Source: the human T2T-CHM13v2.0 reference genome, Homo sapiens
Direction: 5' to 3' (one strand)
DNA length: 64,000 nucleotides
Assembly (NCBI RefSeq): GCF_009914755.1
Contig: NC_060925.1
The notes under the pieces were generated by a model. That model worked only from the letters and a program-made list of their open reading frames with translations. It ran no database searches and was not told where the DNA came from. Positions 27,850 through 45,519 of this stretch are shown in pieces. How positions within the stretch are numbered: position 1 is the first letter of the stretch; every line of letters begins with the position of its first letter. Position numbers and translations under genes: made by a program.

Positions 27850-28235
27850 CATGTAAGCTAGGATAGTTTAATTGAAAGCAACAAAAACTGACTGGGGATA
27901 ACTGTTTTTAAAAAGGAATTTACCAGAAGGACATGGGTACCCACAGAATCCAATTGGAAGCTAAACATCGAGCCCTCAGAAAGAACATGAAGGGCAGCCC
28001 CAGGAATCTAGGTTGCAGGAACAAGTGGTCCCCCTCTTCAGCACATTATTTTTCTCCCTCGTGTCGCTGAGTTTAGGGAAGAAATTGTCCCACTAACCTA
28101 GCTTTTGTCAGGTGCCTACACTTTGGACATAAATCCCATCGACAGTCTCACCACTTGCCTGCAATGGGAGAAGAGCAGTTCCCTGAAGGAAACCCAAGGG
28201 GCTTGTTTCTAAAAGGACAGAAACAACAGATGTGC
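27850..28235. mobile_element. MLT1J-like LTR
   Basis: tgtaagctaggatagtttaattgaaagcaacaaaaa...aaaacaacagatgtgca. Confidence 0.5.
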
Positions 28236-28525
28236 ATTGCAGGTTCATGAATAAGTTCTGGAAGGGCTGGAGAGCACAGATAAGGTGCATTTAGGCTAAC
28301 AAGTTAGATCAGAGAAGATGTTGTTCGTTCAACATTCCTTCCACATGCCAAGCATAGTGTTAGGTGATGCACCTGTGAGGAAAAGAAGAGTCTTAGTGGA
28401 ACTTCTAGACTAGCAGAGGAGAGGCGTCTGTCGGTAAATGTATAATCACAAACTGGAGAAAGTACACTGTGGCACAGGAGCATTTGAAGGGTGAGGTCTA
28501 CATAGGGAGGACAAGGAACGCTCTT

Positions 28526-28823
28526 CTTTTTTTTCTTTTCTTTTTTGACGGAGTCTCACACTGTCACCGAGGCTGAAGTGCAGTGGTGCGATCTCGGCTC
28601 ACGGTAACCTCCACCTCCTGGGTTCAGGCAGTTCTCCTGCCTCAGCCTTCTGAGTAGCTGGGATTACAGGCACGCACCACCACACCCGGCTAATTTTTGT
28701 ATTTTTAGTAGAAACGGGGTTTCACCGTGTTGGTCAGGCTGGTCTTTAACTCCTGACCTTGTGATCCGCCCACCTTGGCCTCCCAAAGTGCTGGGATTAC
28801 AGGCGTGAACCACCGTGCCCGGC
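28526..28823 (-). mobile_element. AluS
   Basis: Antisense dimer; TSD-like aaggaacgctcttct / aaggaatacttttct. Confidence 0.9.
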
Positions 28824-29473
28824 AAGGAATACTTTTCTAAAAGAGGGCCTTCGAACTAGGGTCTAAAGAATGAGCAGGAATTAACCGAATAAAGAGGTGG
28901 CTTATTCAGGGAACTGAAAGAGGCCAAAATCACCAGAGCACAGAGCAGGGGAGACAATAGTATAAGACAGGGATAGAAATTTAGGGAAAAATGTAAAATT
29001 CCTTGTTGTACTATAAAAACATCTGTGAAATTGAGCTTTAGTGATGGCTTTATCTTGAAGGATGAGCAAGATGAGTGAAGGCATTGTAGGAGAAATGTCA
29101 CCTGCAGTAGCTCTCAGGCATAAAGGCTCTCAGGCATAAAAGAAGGGAGTGGCAGGAGATGAGGCTGAGAAGACAGATCAAGAGGTTGCCACGTGAACCA
29201 AGCAACAGTGAAGACTCAAGCAAAAGCAATGACGGGATAGGGAGGGGAACAGGGTCTGCATGTAGAAATGAGAGACATTAGTGGTCACCAAAAATTTCCT
29301 TCTTGGAGGACTGGATGGTATTGCCATCATTTAAAAACAAGAAGGATCAAGGCTGGAAGGCTGGGGAACAGGCAAAGATAAGTCTGATTTGTACCATTTT
29401 GAGCTAGAGGTAACTGTGGATCATTTAGGAATAATGTGTAGGAAATAACCAATGTGAAAAGGGATTGGGAAAT

Positions 29474-29793
<320 letters not shown>

Positions 29794-29840
29794 TAAATAA
29801 AGAGAAAGATATGTTCAAAGGCCTGGAGATGATAAAGTTA

Positions 29841-30352
<512 letters not shown>

Positions 30353-30829
30353 TTAAGCAGGATTGTGATATGGCCATATTTATCTTACAGAAAGATAGCT
30401 CTGATTACAGCACAGAGCATCTATTAGACAGGGGCAGGGAGACCTGGCTATAACAGGAGGCTAGTACAGCAATCCAGGTGAGAAGTAAAGCTGGCTTGGC
30501 CGAGAAGAGTAGAAATGGAGAAAAGTAAGTAGATTTGAGATCCATTTAGATTTGAGATCCATTTAGAACATGGAATTAAAAGGTCATAGTAATGAATTAG
30601 AAGAAAGAAGAGAGAAGCAGGAATAAAGGAATTCTCTCAGGTTTCAAGTTTGGGCAGCTGGGTGAAGAGTGGTGTTGTTCGTTAAGGTGGGAAATCCAGA
30701 AAGAGGTTCTGGGTGTGTGTGAGGGTGATGAAGATGAACTCTAGGGGGTGTGGTTTAGGTTTTAAGTGTCTGTAGGACACCGAACTGGAGCTGTCCAGGA
30801 AGCAGCTGGATATACACATGTGGAGCTCA

Positions 30830-33070
<2,241 letters not shown>

Positions 33071-34979
33071 TCATAAGCACCCCCCTCTCATTCCCACAGG
33101 TGCTTGGCAGAGGAGAGGAAAAGCAGCCTCCCCTGGAGAGCCTCAAGAAAAGCCTCGTAGGGTCTGCCAGGCTTCAGCTGTGGCAGGAGGTAGAGACGGG
33201 TAGGCCGGGTGGTTGGAATCGTGAGTCAGAGGGCATTATGAGAAGGGTTTGACAGAGGACTGAGGTTGAGAGAAATGGGGTCCGTGGCTCATTGTAGCTG
33301 GCTATGCATTTTCCTGGGAGATTTACTAGCTCTTTAGTTTTCCAAAGATTATTCCTATTGTTCGCAAGGGGACTTTATTTGTTCAGGACAACACATTTCT
33401 TCTGGTAATGCTCCTTGTAACCATGTGTATCACATGGGAGTCATCATTTTCCACAAACCCCATATCCTCAGTCTCTGTGACTAGAACAGAATGAAGTACT
33501 GGTACAAGCTCCGCCAGCCCTAGCCTTTCCCCAGGAGTTTCGCCCTTGGGAGCAGAGGGGCGAGGGGCGAATGCAATCCCTTGCCAGTGGCAAAGCAGAA
33601 GATGTTTGCCTACAGGTTGCTGGTGGTCACATTGCCTCATTTACGAAGAAAGCTCACCAGGAGAGAGTACAGGCAATAGAGGGAGGCCCGATGGCCTCCC
33701 TCTATTCCAGTCACTTTCGGTCACCCCTGAGACCCTCTGCACTCTGGCCCCTTCCTATGTTTTGGTTATGTGAACCACTAAATCCATTTGCACTAACTTC
33801 CCCTGAGTTAGTGCAACCAGTATGTTGAGCATGCAGGAAATGTCAAGGATCATCACAGACATCTTCATTTTGTCTCCTACTGTTCCCTTAAAATGTTTTC
33901 ATGTCTTCAATACATCTGAAGTAATAAAAATTCCATGGTCACAGTGAGTTGCCATTTCCAAACTTAGAGTGCCCCATCTTGTGTAACAGTCACAGCTTTC
34001 AACTCACAGTGCCGGCAGGTGCCTGGTGGGGAAAGGGCATGCCCTGCCTGTCTTTCCTCTTCCCTCCTCTCCCAGCTACTAGCTGCTGCCTCTGACCTCT
34101 CCGTGATTGCTGTTGGAGGGAGAGAGAATGAGCAGTAGAGACCTAGAGTGTTTGCACTCTCTGGACCTGACAAATAGTTAAAGCTGACTCTGGTGGGGTG
34201 CTTTTGTGAGTGTTCTGATGACCCCTTTCCATTTTAGGGGCCTCTTCTCTGCGGTTCCCCCAGTATGGGTAATGCCCATGCCACTGCCTTGCTCCTCACT
34301 TCTGCAGCTCCTGGAAATCCCAGCATCTACCTGTTGCTTCTGTTGGCCGAGGGCCTGTCAACCCTCCAGGCAGATCTTCTGGAAAGGACCTGAAACGAGC
34401 CCACAACAGCTCCTTCATGCATTAGTTTTTGCCACAGATTCTGGGAGTGCAGGCCAGTCCCCATGCAGTGTTCTCCTGCAGCCAGCCCGCCCATTGCCCA
34501 TTGTGTCCTCTAGACTTGTTGGGTAGGAGGTGGGCCCCAGGCAACCCACTGTGTTCTCCAAACCTTAAGGACGTGTTAGGCATCCTTCAGAGGCTGGAGT
34601 GAGAGACAGGTACCCATCCTGCCCTGTTCATAACACAGCTCCCCACAAAGACGTTTTTTGAAATCCTCTTTCCCTTCATCTTTAGCAACCGATTGCTATT
34701 TATATTTGATGTAGGGAAGGCCTTTAGAATTACGTGATAAGTATTAAGAGATTTCCTTTGAAAATCCGCATCTTAGTCTAGCACTTCACTGTGGTGTCTG
34801 AAATGTATCACCTTATAGACCCGGCTAAAATTTTCTTTCTAGCATCCTGTTACACTAATTTGATTTGGACTTGAGACTGCTGTGACCAAATAATCCCGAT
34901 AACAGTCAACAAATATTTATTGAGCATCTACTGTGAGCAGCCACAGCCCTCATGAGCTGTCAGTCCACATAATCTTTAC

Positions 34980-35946
<967 letters not shown>

Positions 35947-36667
35947 AGGGAAACATTCTCTGGCCTCTCTGGAAGGAATCCGCCTAAGTATGGATTAATT
36001 GTCTAAGGGAGTCTTAGCTCAGGTCTGAGGAGCACGGCATGAGAGTTCCCCCAGGGTTTTCACCATACAGGGAAAAAGTAACAGGTATTTGGCAAGCTGA
36101 GGCTTCCTTTTTATGGAATGGTAAGATAGGATTGTTGAGAGGGCACTTAACTTTGACACTAACTCTTTGCAAATTGTATTTTTCGTTTTATTTTATATTT
36201 AAGCCTTTTTTTGTTTTTCTTACCAATGTTTGTAAGTTCTTGATATGTTAAGGCAAGTCTTTCATCCATTCGCCTGCGTTAGAGCAAAACCAGAATTATT
36301 TTGAGGAAAGACTTTCACTTGCTCAAGGCCATTCTCTTGGGAGGCAAGCCTTACATTGAGTTGTGTGTCCTAGTTGATATCTTCAATTTTAAGAAGAGGA
36401 TTTATTCTCTCTTCACAGCTCAGATGATTTTGAAAGCAATGAGTCTGGCCTTAATTGGCCTTGCAGAACGACTCCTGGGAGGTACTTGTCAGCATGTGTG
36501 ACTTCCCTCTTTTTGCTGTTCACTGCTTATTAAAGCCTGAGTTCCTCGAAAGCTTTGCTGCCTGGCCTTTTCCATCCAGTATTTTGGTCTTGGTATTCTG
36601 TTTTATCCTCAGATTGAGCCAGGCCAGCTAAGAACTGCATTCATAGGCCACTTTATTTTTTGGCTAG

Positions 36668-36727
<60 letters not shown>
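36668..36727. repeat. (CA)n microsatellite with two CG interruptions
   Basis: Direct reading. Confidence 0.95.
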
Positions 36728-36731
<4 letters not shown>

Positions 36732-37683
36732 ACTATGGAGCAGAGCCATAAGAAATAATCCCATGACACTTCATATCATTTTCCTTATACAAATGTTTTT
36801 GAGGACACAGGAAATTTCCCTCAAGTCTTAGTATCAAGAATAGCTGTGATTCTCCTGGTTTATTTTCTGGATACTGCTGAACCATGAAATCAGTGCTTTG
36901 CGCTTAGTTTTAGCTATGGAAAATCTTGGGGACAGATCTGTAATCTTCCTCCAGCAAGCACACAGAGCCCTAAGATATTCACTTTTGCTCTTTTCCTTAC
37001 CCCACCTGCATTTTCCTATGTTTATGTCCACTTTGGCCCCCAGATTTCTTTGTACTCCATACAATTTTATAGAACTGCTTCAACCTCATTTTAGAATGAA
37101 GCAAGATGCAAAGAACTTAAATAAATTACAATACTGATTGATCACTTGTTAGAAGCATCAATTTATCTTTAAATTTTATTGTAAACTTGCTATTCTTTAT
37201 GTAATCTGATCTACTGGTTCTTTATGATGACCATGAAGAGAATTGGCATGGATTTGGGGACCCGTTGGCTGCCACATCCTCACCCCATGGCTAAGGTGGC
37301 TGATTCAGCAAATGCTGTGTTTAGAGCTTAGAGGAAGCAGATACTGCATCTGAGCCTCTTGCTTTTCCAGGTTCCAGTTTCATGGTTTACTAAATTTCAG
37401 TTCCAATTACCACATTTATACAGGAAGGAAGACAGTTGTATACCAACATAGGACTGGCTGCCCTAGAATGCATAGGAAATACCTGGCATTGAACTTGGTC
37501 CTTCACAAAACAGGTGTTCAGCTGGTGTTTTGTGGTTTATGTATTTAGTTACGTTCTTTGAAGCAGTTGAATTGTGTTCTTTTCCAAGGGTGGTCTGTCC
37601 CTGTGGTCTAGGTCTGGGGGATGCAATATGCTAGTATCATCAGTGACTTGACTTCAGTGACATTTTCTGCTTTTCTTTTTCAG

Positions 37684-37726
37684 AGTATGATCGGTTGGGC
37701 TTCCTCCTGAATCTGGACTCTAAACT
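37684..37726 (+). CDS. ST3GAL3: ST3GAL3 coding exon (exon 4), 43 nt, phase 1-2: EYDRLGFLLNLDSK(L)
   Basis: Strong acceptor ttttctgcttttctttttcag|AG and donor AACT|gtgagt. The peptide matches ST3GAL3. Confidence 0.97.
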
Positions 37727-38677
37727 GTGAGTAGAATGAGAAGATACCTTGGCTCTGTGGCAGAGAGGTCTGTGAGAGCTGGGTCTCACTTTGAAGGGTC
37801 AGCTCTCATCACTCTTCTGGTGACTGGGGGACTCCCTGGGGCCTCTGTCCTCAGGCTGTCAGCAGAATCTTGGGGCATGTTACAGTCTGCAGCGGCCAGA
37901 GAGGGTGGGATGATGGGTGCAAACATAAGGCCTTCGATTTGGCTGGCACAGGCAGCTCATTATAGAAGGAGGCCACTGCCAGGAGTTTGAAGGACTAGGA
38001 GTCTCCTGGAAAGGCTTCTCCTGCAGGGTAGAGGACAGTTGAGTCACAGCAGGAGGTAGGGGCCTCTCAAAGATGCTCTGGCACCTGACATGCACAGCCT
38101 TCTGTGATCACTCCCTGTCTTACTCTCCAGTTTCAACTCCTGCCACTCTTGCCACAGATGAACACTCCTTTTCCCTCTACCTTTGCATGTGCTTGTTATC
38201 TGTGCCTGAAATTTTCTTTCCTTGCTAGCCCACTTGGAAAACTAAAAAAACTACTTCCTCCCCACACAAAGTTGTCTCTTCCTCTGTGCTTCCTTTAAAT
38301 TTTCTACCTCTGTTACAGTTATCTCACTATACTGTAATTGCATAATAATTACTAATTTTTTAAGGGCACAGGCTCAGAGCTAGGCCTAGTAGATAGCTTG
38401 GTTCAAATCCCAGACTGACCTTTATTCTCTTTATGATTTGGGTCAAGCTACTTAACCACTCTGAGCCTCAGTTTCATCTGTAAGATGATGACAATAAACT
38501 TATTTCACAGAGTTTTTGTAAGAATTTAATTGAAATTATTAATTCATAGAGGACTGTCAAGTATTGAGTATCTAATCCTTCCAGGATCCTTCCCTACTAG
38601 GCTTCTTGGTCTCTCTAGCACCTAGACAGTATTGGCGTATGTTTGTCAGGTGCCCGTTAAACACTGAATGCTTGGTT

Positions 38678-38727
38678 GGATGGATGGATGGATGGATGGA
38701 TGGATGGATGGATGGATGGATGGATGA
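38678..38727. repeat. (GGAT)n tetranucleotide, probably an L2 tail
   Basis: About 12 GGAT units following an L2-like 3' end. Confidence 0.9.
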
Positions 38728-40112
38728 TGGTAGGATGACTGCGTACTTTCCTATTTGACAAGCATGCCTTGAGTTGCAGCTCTCTCTACTCTGTGTGTTC
38801 ATGTCCCTGCAAGCCTGCTCACATGGCCGATGCTCAATAAATCCTTGCAGAACCACCTTACTACCTACTGTGATTCCTTTCTATTGTTAGTCATCTTTGT
38901 GCACCTGTGTCCCCTGCCCTGTACCAGGCGGACATCATGAAGGATCAGAATTGTGTCTCTTTCCTTTTCTGTCTTGCATAAGACCTTTTCCACAGTTGAC
39001 TCTGATGACGATGGCCACACCTACGTACAAGACATCAAACCAGGGGCTGGTTGGTTTTCCCACTGAATAGTCTGGCGTCTGGCTTCTTGGCTCTGGTGCC
39101 TCATACTATGAGTTCAGGCATTGTAAATCTCCCAACTTTTACACATTATGAAGGCAACTATGAAGGAAAAAGTGTGTGTTCTGTATACCAGGCTAGTAGA
39201 GAGATGTCAGCCTCATGTTAACATCTAGGGAATGGGGTATTTGATTGTGGTAGAAAGCCATAGGCTTCACTCTTAGAAAATCCTTAATTTAGTACTCTGG
39301 AAAAAAACAAATCAAGTATAAGCCGTAAGCAAGTGAAATGCCACCAGAACGGAAGAGATAGAGTAATTACCAAGTTGAATCACACTGATGAACAAAAGGC
39401 ATGTTCTCTAGGACATACTACAGTATTTAAACTGTCTTCAGCAGTGAAAGGAGGAGGATGAGGAGGACGCTCATCTCCTGCTGTCCTGACAGTTGGGTCC
39501 TGCAGAGTAGGCTGTTGTGTAGCTTTCTGTTGTGTATCAGGCCAGTTCTTTGAACTATGTGAGTTAACTTGGTCTTTAGCACAGTAAATTGGCTTGGCCT
39601 CATTTGATTTAACTCACAATCTAAGGTACAAGCTAGAACTGTCCTGCCTCTAGCTGCAAAGGTTTTTCTAGTCCAGTGCTGTCTTCAGAAGTCCAGTGCT
39701 GTCTCTCCTGTCTCACAGATACCTGAGAAAGGTTTCCACCTACTTCCAGAGAGAAGTTTCCAAGTTAAGGATTCTGCTTTTGGTGGGGGCAGTTCCTCAG
39801 CAAAGTTGAGATCTCCCCTTACCAAGTCCCTCTCTAGTTGTGTTATATTCTATTTCTGAGGTATAGGAAAGGACCTGAACTTGAATCAGAACTTGATTTG
39901 AATTCTGTCTGCTGCATAGTATTACATGACCTTAGATAATTATTATATTTTAGCTTTCTGAATCCCAATTTTCCTTTATGAAAAAATGTGGATAATAGCA
40001 CTCCCTTCCTATGGTTTTATGAAAAATAAAAGCGTTCCATAAAGTATGAATAAATATGCCAATGTAAGGCTTTCTTTTTATTTATCTTGATTGGGATTCA
40101 TTTAGCTTGCTG

Positions 40113-40729
40113 CTTCTTCTTCTTCCTTCTTCCTTCTTCCTTCTTCTTCTTCTTCCTTCTTCTCCTTCTTCTCCTTCTTCTTCTCCTCCTTCTTCTCCTT
40201 CTTCTCCTCCTTCTCCTTCTTCCTTCTCCTTCTTCTTTCTTCTTTCTTCTTCTCCTTCTCCTTGTTCTTCTTCTCCTTCTCCTCCTTTTTCCTTCTTCTT
40301 CATTCTTCTTCCTTCTTCTCCTTCTCCTTCTTCTTCTTCTCCTTCTTCCTTCTTCTTCTCCTTCTTCCTTCTCCTTCTCCTCCTTCTCCTCCTCCCCTCT
40401 CCTTCTCCTCCTTCTCCTCCTCCCTTCTCCTCCTCCTTCTCCTCCTCCTCCTTCTCCTTCTTCTCCTTCTTCCTTCTCCTTCCTTCTTCTTCTCCTTCTT
40501 CCTTCTCCTTCTCCTCCTTCTCCTCCTCCCCCTCCTCCTCCTTCTTCCTCCTCTTCTTCCTCTTCTTTCTCTTCTTCTCCTCCTTCTTCTCCTCCTCCTT
40601 CTCCTCCTCCTTCTCCTCCTCCTTCTCCTCCTCCTTCTCTTCCTTCCTCCTTCTTCTTCTCCTTCTCCTCCTCCTCCTCTTCCTCCTCCTCCTCCTCCTT
40701 CTTTCTTCTTTCTTTTTTCTTCTTCTTTT
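40113..40729. repeat. About 615-nt (CTT/CCT)n polypyrimidine low-complexity tract
   Basis: Only two purines seen (G40264, A40303). Confidence 0.97.
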
Positions 40730-40849
40730 GGTACAGACAGGCTCTTGCTATGTTGCCCAGGCTGGTCTTGAACTCCTGGGCTCAAGTGATCCTCCTGCCT
40801 CAGCCTCCTAAAGTGTTAGGATTACAGCTGTAAGCCACAGTATCTGGCC
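40730..40849 (-). mobile_element. FLAM_C/AluJ left monomer
   Basis: ttgcccaggctggtcttgaactcctgggctcaagtgatcc...ggattacag...ctggcc; TSD tcatttag. Confidence 0.88.
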
Positions 40850-41722
40850 TCATTTAGATTCTTGGGTATATAAATTTCATATGTTTTGGAAAAATTTTCA
40901 GCCATTATCTCTTTAAATATTCCCTCTGCCCCACTCTCTCTCTACGCCTCTTCTGAAATTCTGGTTAAATTTTAGACCTTCTCATTATATTAACTTATTT
41001 TCCATATTTTTTATCTTTTAATCACTTTCACATTAACTGGAACCCCAAAGGACTCAGCATAAGGATAAACTAGAACTATTAATAAACCTACACCCCCAAA
41101 GCAGGCTGCAAGAACAATTACCAAAGTGCTGAGTATGTCATGGCAGTAGAACAAAAACACTTAGTATTTGTTGCCAGAGTTCTCATCACTCAGGTGATCC
41201 AGGGAACCTCAAACCATGAGTTCAGTTTAAGGTATTCCAGACTGGCAGTGCCTCCAAGCACCTGGCAGAAATAAATGCAGACTTTCCATAGAGGAAGACA
41301 TACGCATTCCTCACAAATAACTTTTCAAGGAAATGAGCAGCTCACAGTAAAAAATAACTAAACACACAAGGAAACAAGCTTCTGTTGAAGCTTGTTCTCA
41401 TGGTTTTATGAGAACCATGTAAAACAACTGGTAACAGAGGAGTACTCACAAAGATTTCTGAAATTGGAATTACCACACATCATTTATAAAACAATTAAAT
41501 ATACTGTATTTAAAGAAATAAGAGACAGTACTGAACTATATGCATAGAATAGGGAACTATGAAAAACAAAATACCAGATCTGAAAAAAACAATGAACTTC
41601 TAGAGTTAAAAAATACAATGATCAAAATTAAAAACTCAATAAAAGGGGTTAGCAGCAGATTAGATACAACTGAAGATAGAGTTAGTGAACTTGAAGGTAA
41701 GACATAAGAAATTATTTATAAA

Positions 41723-42358
<636 letters not shown>

Positions 42359-42449
42359 ATTGAGAATGCAACACAGCTATATCTTGAGAATTATCTCCTC
42401 GCTCCAGATGTTTTCTATTCTTGGAACCCTATTGCATAGAAATACTCCT

Positions 42450-43344
42450 TTAAAAAAATGGATTCTGGGGTAAATGTGCAGGCTTGTTACATGGGTTTAT
42501 GGTGTGATGCTGAGGTTTGGAGTACAGATGGTCCCATTACCCAGGTAGTGAGCATAGTACTCAACAGGTAGTTTTTCAGCCCACTCCCCACTCCCCCCTC
42601 TAGTAGTACCCAGTATCTGTTCTTATTTTTATGTCCATGTGTATTCAGTATTTAGCTCCCATTTATAAGTGAGAACATGTGATATTTCGTTTTCTGTTCT
42701 GTGTTAATTTGTTTAGGGTAATGACTTACAGCTGCATCTATCAACATCATTTTTCATAGAAGTAGAGAAAACCATTCTAAAATGTATACGAAACCAAAAA
42801 AGAGCCAGAATAGCCAAAGCAATTCTAAGCAAAAAGAACAGAGCTGGAGGTATCACATTACTAGACTTCAAACTCTACTATAAGGATATAGTAACTAAAC
42901 ATGATACTGCTACAAAAACAGACACATAGACCAATGGAACATAATAGAGAACCCAGAAATAAAGCCACACAGCTACAACCATCTGATCTTCAACAAAGCC
43001 TACAAAAATAAGCAATAGGGAATGGACTCCCTATTCAATAAATGGTGTTGGGATAACTGGCTAACCATATGCAGAAGAATGAAACTGAACCCCTACATTT
43101 TACCATATATAAAAATTAAGATGGATTAAAGATTTAAATGTAAGACCTCAAACTATAAAAATCCTAACAGAAAACCTAGGACATACCCTTCTCATCATTG
43201 GCTTTGGCAAAGAATTTATGGCTAAGTCACCAAAAGCAACTGCAACAAGAACAAAAATTGACAAGTGAGACCTAATCAAAATAAAGAGCTTTTGCACAGC
43301 AAAAGAAACTATCAACAGAGTACACAGACAGCCTACAGAATGGG
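42450..43344 (-). mobile_element. L1PA15/16-like insertion with 5' inversion (3' end on the - strand at 42450-42740, inverted ORF2 piece on the + strand at 42741-43344)
   Basis: TSD agaaatactcct at 42438-42449 and 43345-43356. Confidence 0.88.
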
Positions 43345-44119
43345 AGAAATACTCCTAAAATACCTTATGTCTAGTGATATTCCAAAAGCCTGGAAATAGA
43401 CATTTTAGATTTTTTTTCTTCACTGTATTTGTTTAATTATGTCTTTCTGGAATAGAGTGGCTTATATTTTCTTTTAGAATTCCCTGCTGCTTGTATCTAC
43501 ATGACAAAATCACTTGTTAGTGCTGAGAACATTATTCAGAATACTGATGTGCAAAACCTTGTCTTTTTACTACAAGATCTGTTGTTGAAGAAGGCAGAAC
43601 TTTTTGTTGGTTAAAAATGTGAGCTATGGAGTCAGACATGGATTTTTGAGGCCCAGTTCCACATCTTACTAGCTCTAATCTGGAGTGAGTTATTAAACTA
43701 CTAAGTCTCAGTTAAAGTGGTGACAATAGTAATACCAAGGATGAGAGTTAGCCCTTATCAGTGTCTGGTAAACTAGCAGGGATATAGCCCAAAAATGAGA
43801 CCCGGACTTCAGCTTGCCTCCTGCTCCATACCCCAGATTTCATTTCTTTACTCTTTCATTTAGCAGATGTTTCTTGAGCACCAGCTATGTGTTTTCTAGT
43901 TGGAATAAACGGAAAATTCTAAGACATAGACACAGCCTTATAAGCTTGATTGGAAAGGCTATCCTGCGAGCTGAAGTCTTAGTGAATGGGGAGGAAGCGA
44001 ATGAGAACAGGAAGGGAGGGTAAAGGGTAGTATTGCTGGATAGCATGAGCAACAGACAAGTTTTTGGTTGTTTCTTTTTTTATAATAAGCATGACATATT
44101 GGTGATTTGGAAGCATTAA

Positions 44120-44340
44120 TGGAGTACAAAAAGGATAACCAGGGATCCCAAGGTCCATGAAGTATAGATGAAAGAGCAGCCTCCTTTGCAGAGGGCTGTA
44201 AAAATGGCGTTTTCCCGAGAGACCCAGGTTTCTATGAAAGCAAAAATGGAAGGAACATTCACCGAAGAGTTTGAGGATATAAAGGAACACAGTTTTATGC
44301 CACATAATTGAAAGTTAGAATGTGGACTGTGCCAGGGGAG
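44120..44340 (-). mobile_element. L2 ORF2 endonuclease-domain relic
   Basis: FAFIETWVSRENAIFTALCKGGCSFIYTSWTLG resembles the L2 motif ALTETWL...AAL..GG..FSHTPR. Confidence 0.65.
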
Positions 44341-45519
44341 AAGTAGGAAATTGGACCAAGAAGAAGCAGAGAGCAGTGACTTGAGGATAAGAAAACTGAG
44401 AAGAATATGGTTTGGAGAGAAACAGGAATAACTAGAATGTGAGACTGGTGAGTTGGTGACATTGCCAGCCTTGTGGTTGCCTGAGAATTGACCCCGTCTT
44501 CCCCAGGGGTTGGGCACTCAGGCTGCTACGTGCAGGCAGCCACAACCTGATTTAATGATACCTCCAAGGAGGCACATCTGCTCTCTGAAAGGGGTCTACT
44601 GTGGTCTGGCTCAAAGTTGAGGGCCTCGAAAAGTCTCAGGGGTAAAGGCTCTTGCCCCGACAACAAAGTGGATACTCCCTCATTCAGTTAACAGATTTGT
44701 TGAGCAACTAATATGTATCAGGCAATATTCTGTGGTCTGAGGATATACCAGTGAACAAGACAATCAATAAACAAAAATTATTATAAATAAAGTTTTTAGG
44801 ATTTTGGAAGGTGATAAGTGCTGTGAAAGAAAATAGAGCAAGACAAGGGAATGCTGTTGAAGAGATTGCAAGTTGCAATGGGACAGTCAAAGTAGAATTC
44901 ATTGAGAAGGTGACATTTGAGGAAAGAGTCAAAGGAAGAGAGGCAGAGCATTCCAGGAAGAACCCTAAGGAAATCTCAGTCTCCATTATAAGGAATATGA
45001 CACAACGAGCCAGGAATGTGCCCATTAGTCCAGGAGAGAGATGAGTCATCTGGATTCCTTGAAGGAGCCAGATCCTGGTGTCCAAGTGTGACTTTCCTGA
45101 GCCGACGTGGGCCTTCTGGGAGCAGATTTAATTAAATGGAAGTTTCATCTATTTCTGCTGGGTGTGGGCAGGTGCTCTGTGCTCTGGGAAAGCTCCTGTC
45201 TGCTGCCACAGTGTGGTGTTTTACAGTTGCCATGTGGGCAAGAGCATGGGGACTTTAATGCTCAGTCTAATTTCATAAGGAATTCCATGTGAAGACACAA
45301 AAATATGAAAATGAAAGCAAACAACTCTTAACCCCCAGAGCCTTGTGAAAAACCAGGTCATTTGTAATAGTGTATAAACATGGAGCAGTCTAAATATAGC
45401 CTGAGGTGAGTTTAACACTTCTAAAACAGCCTGTCAAGTTCCCTAGGGCTGCAAGGGGAAAGCATTTATTGAGCACCTACTATATGCCCAGTGGTGCACT
45501 AGGTAGTTTCTATGTTACC

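Noticed and set aside
40082-40833. Long ORFs (248, 234, 169 and 161 aa) of poly-L/S/P/R/E
   Set aside because: Artefacts of the stop-free pyrimidine tract.
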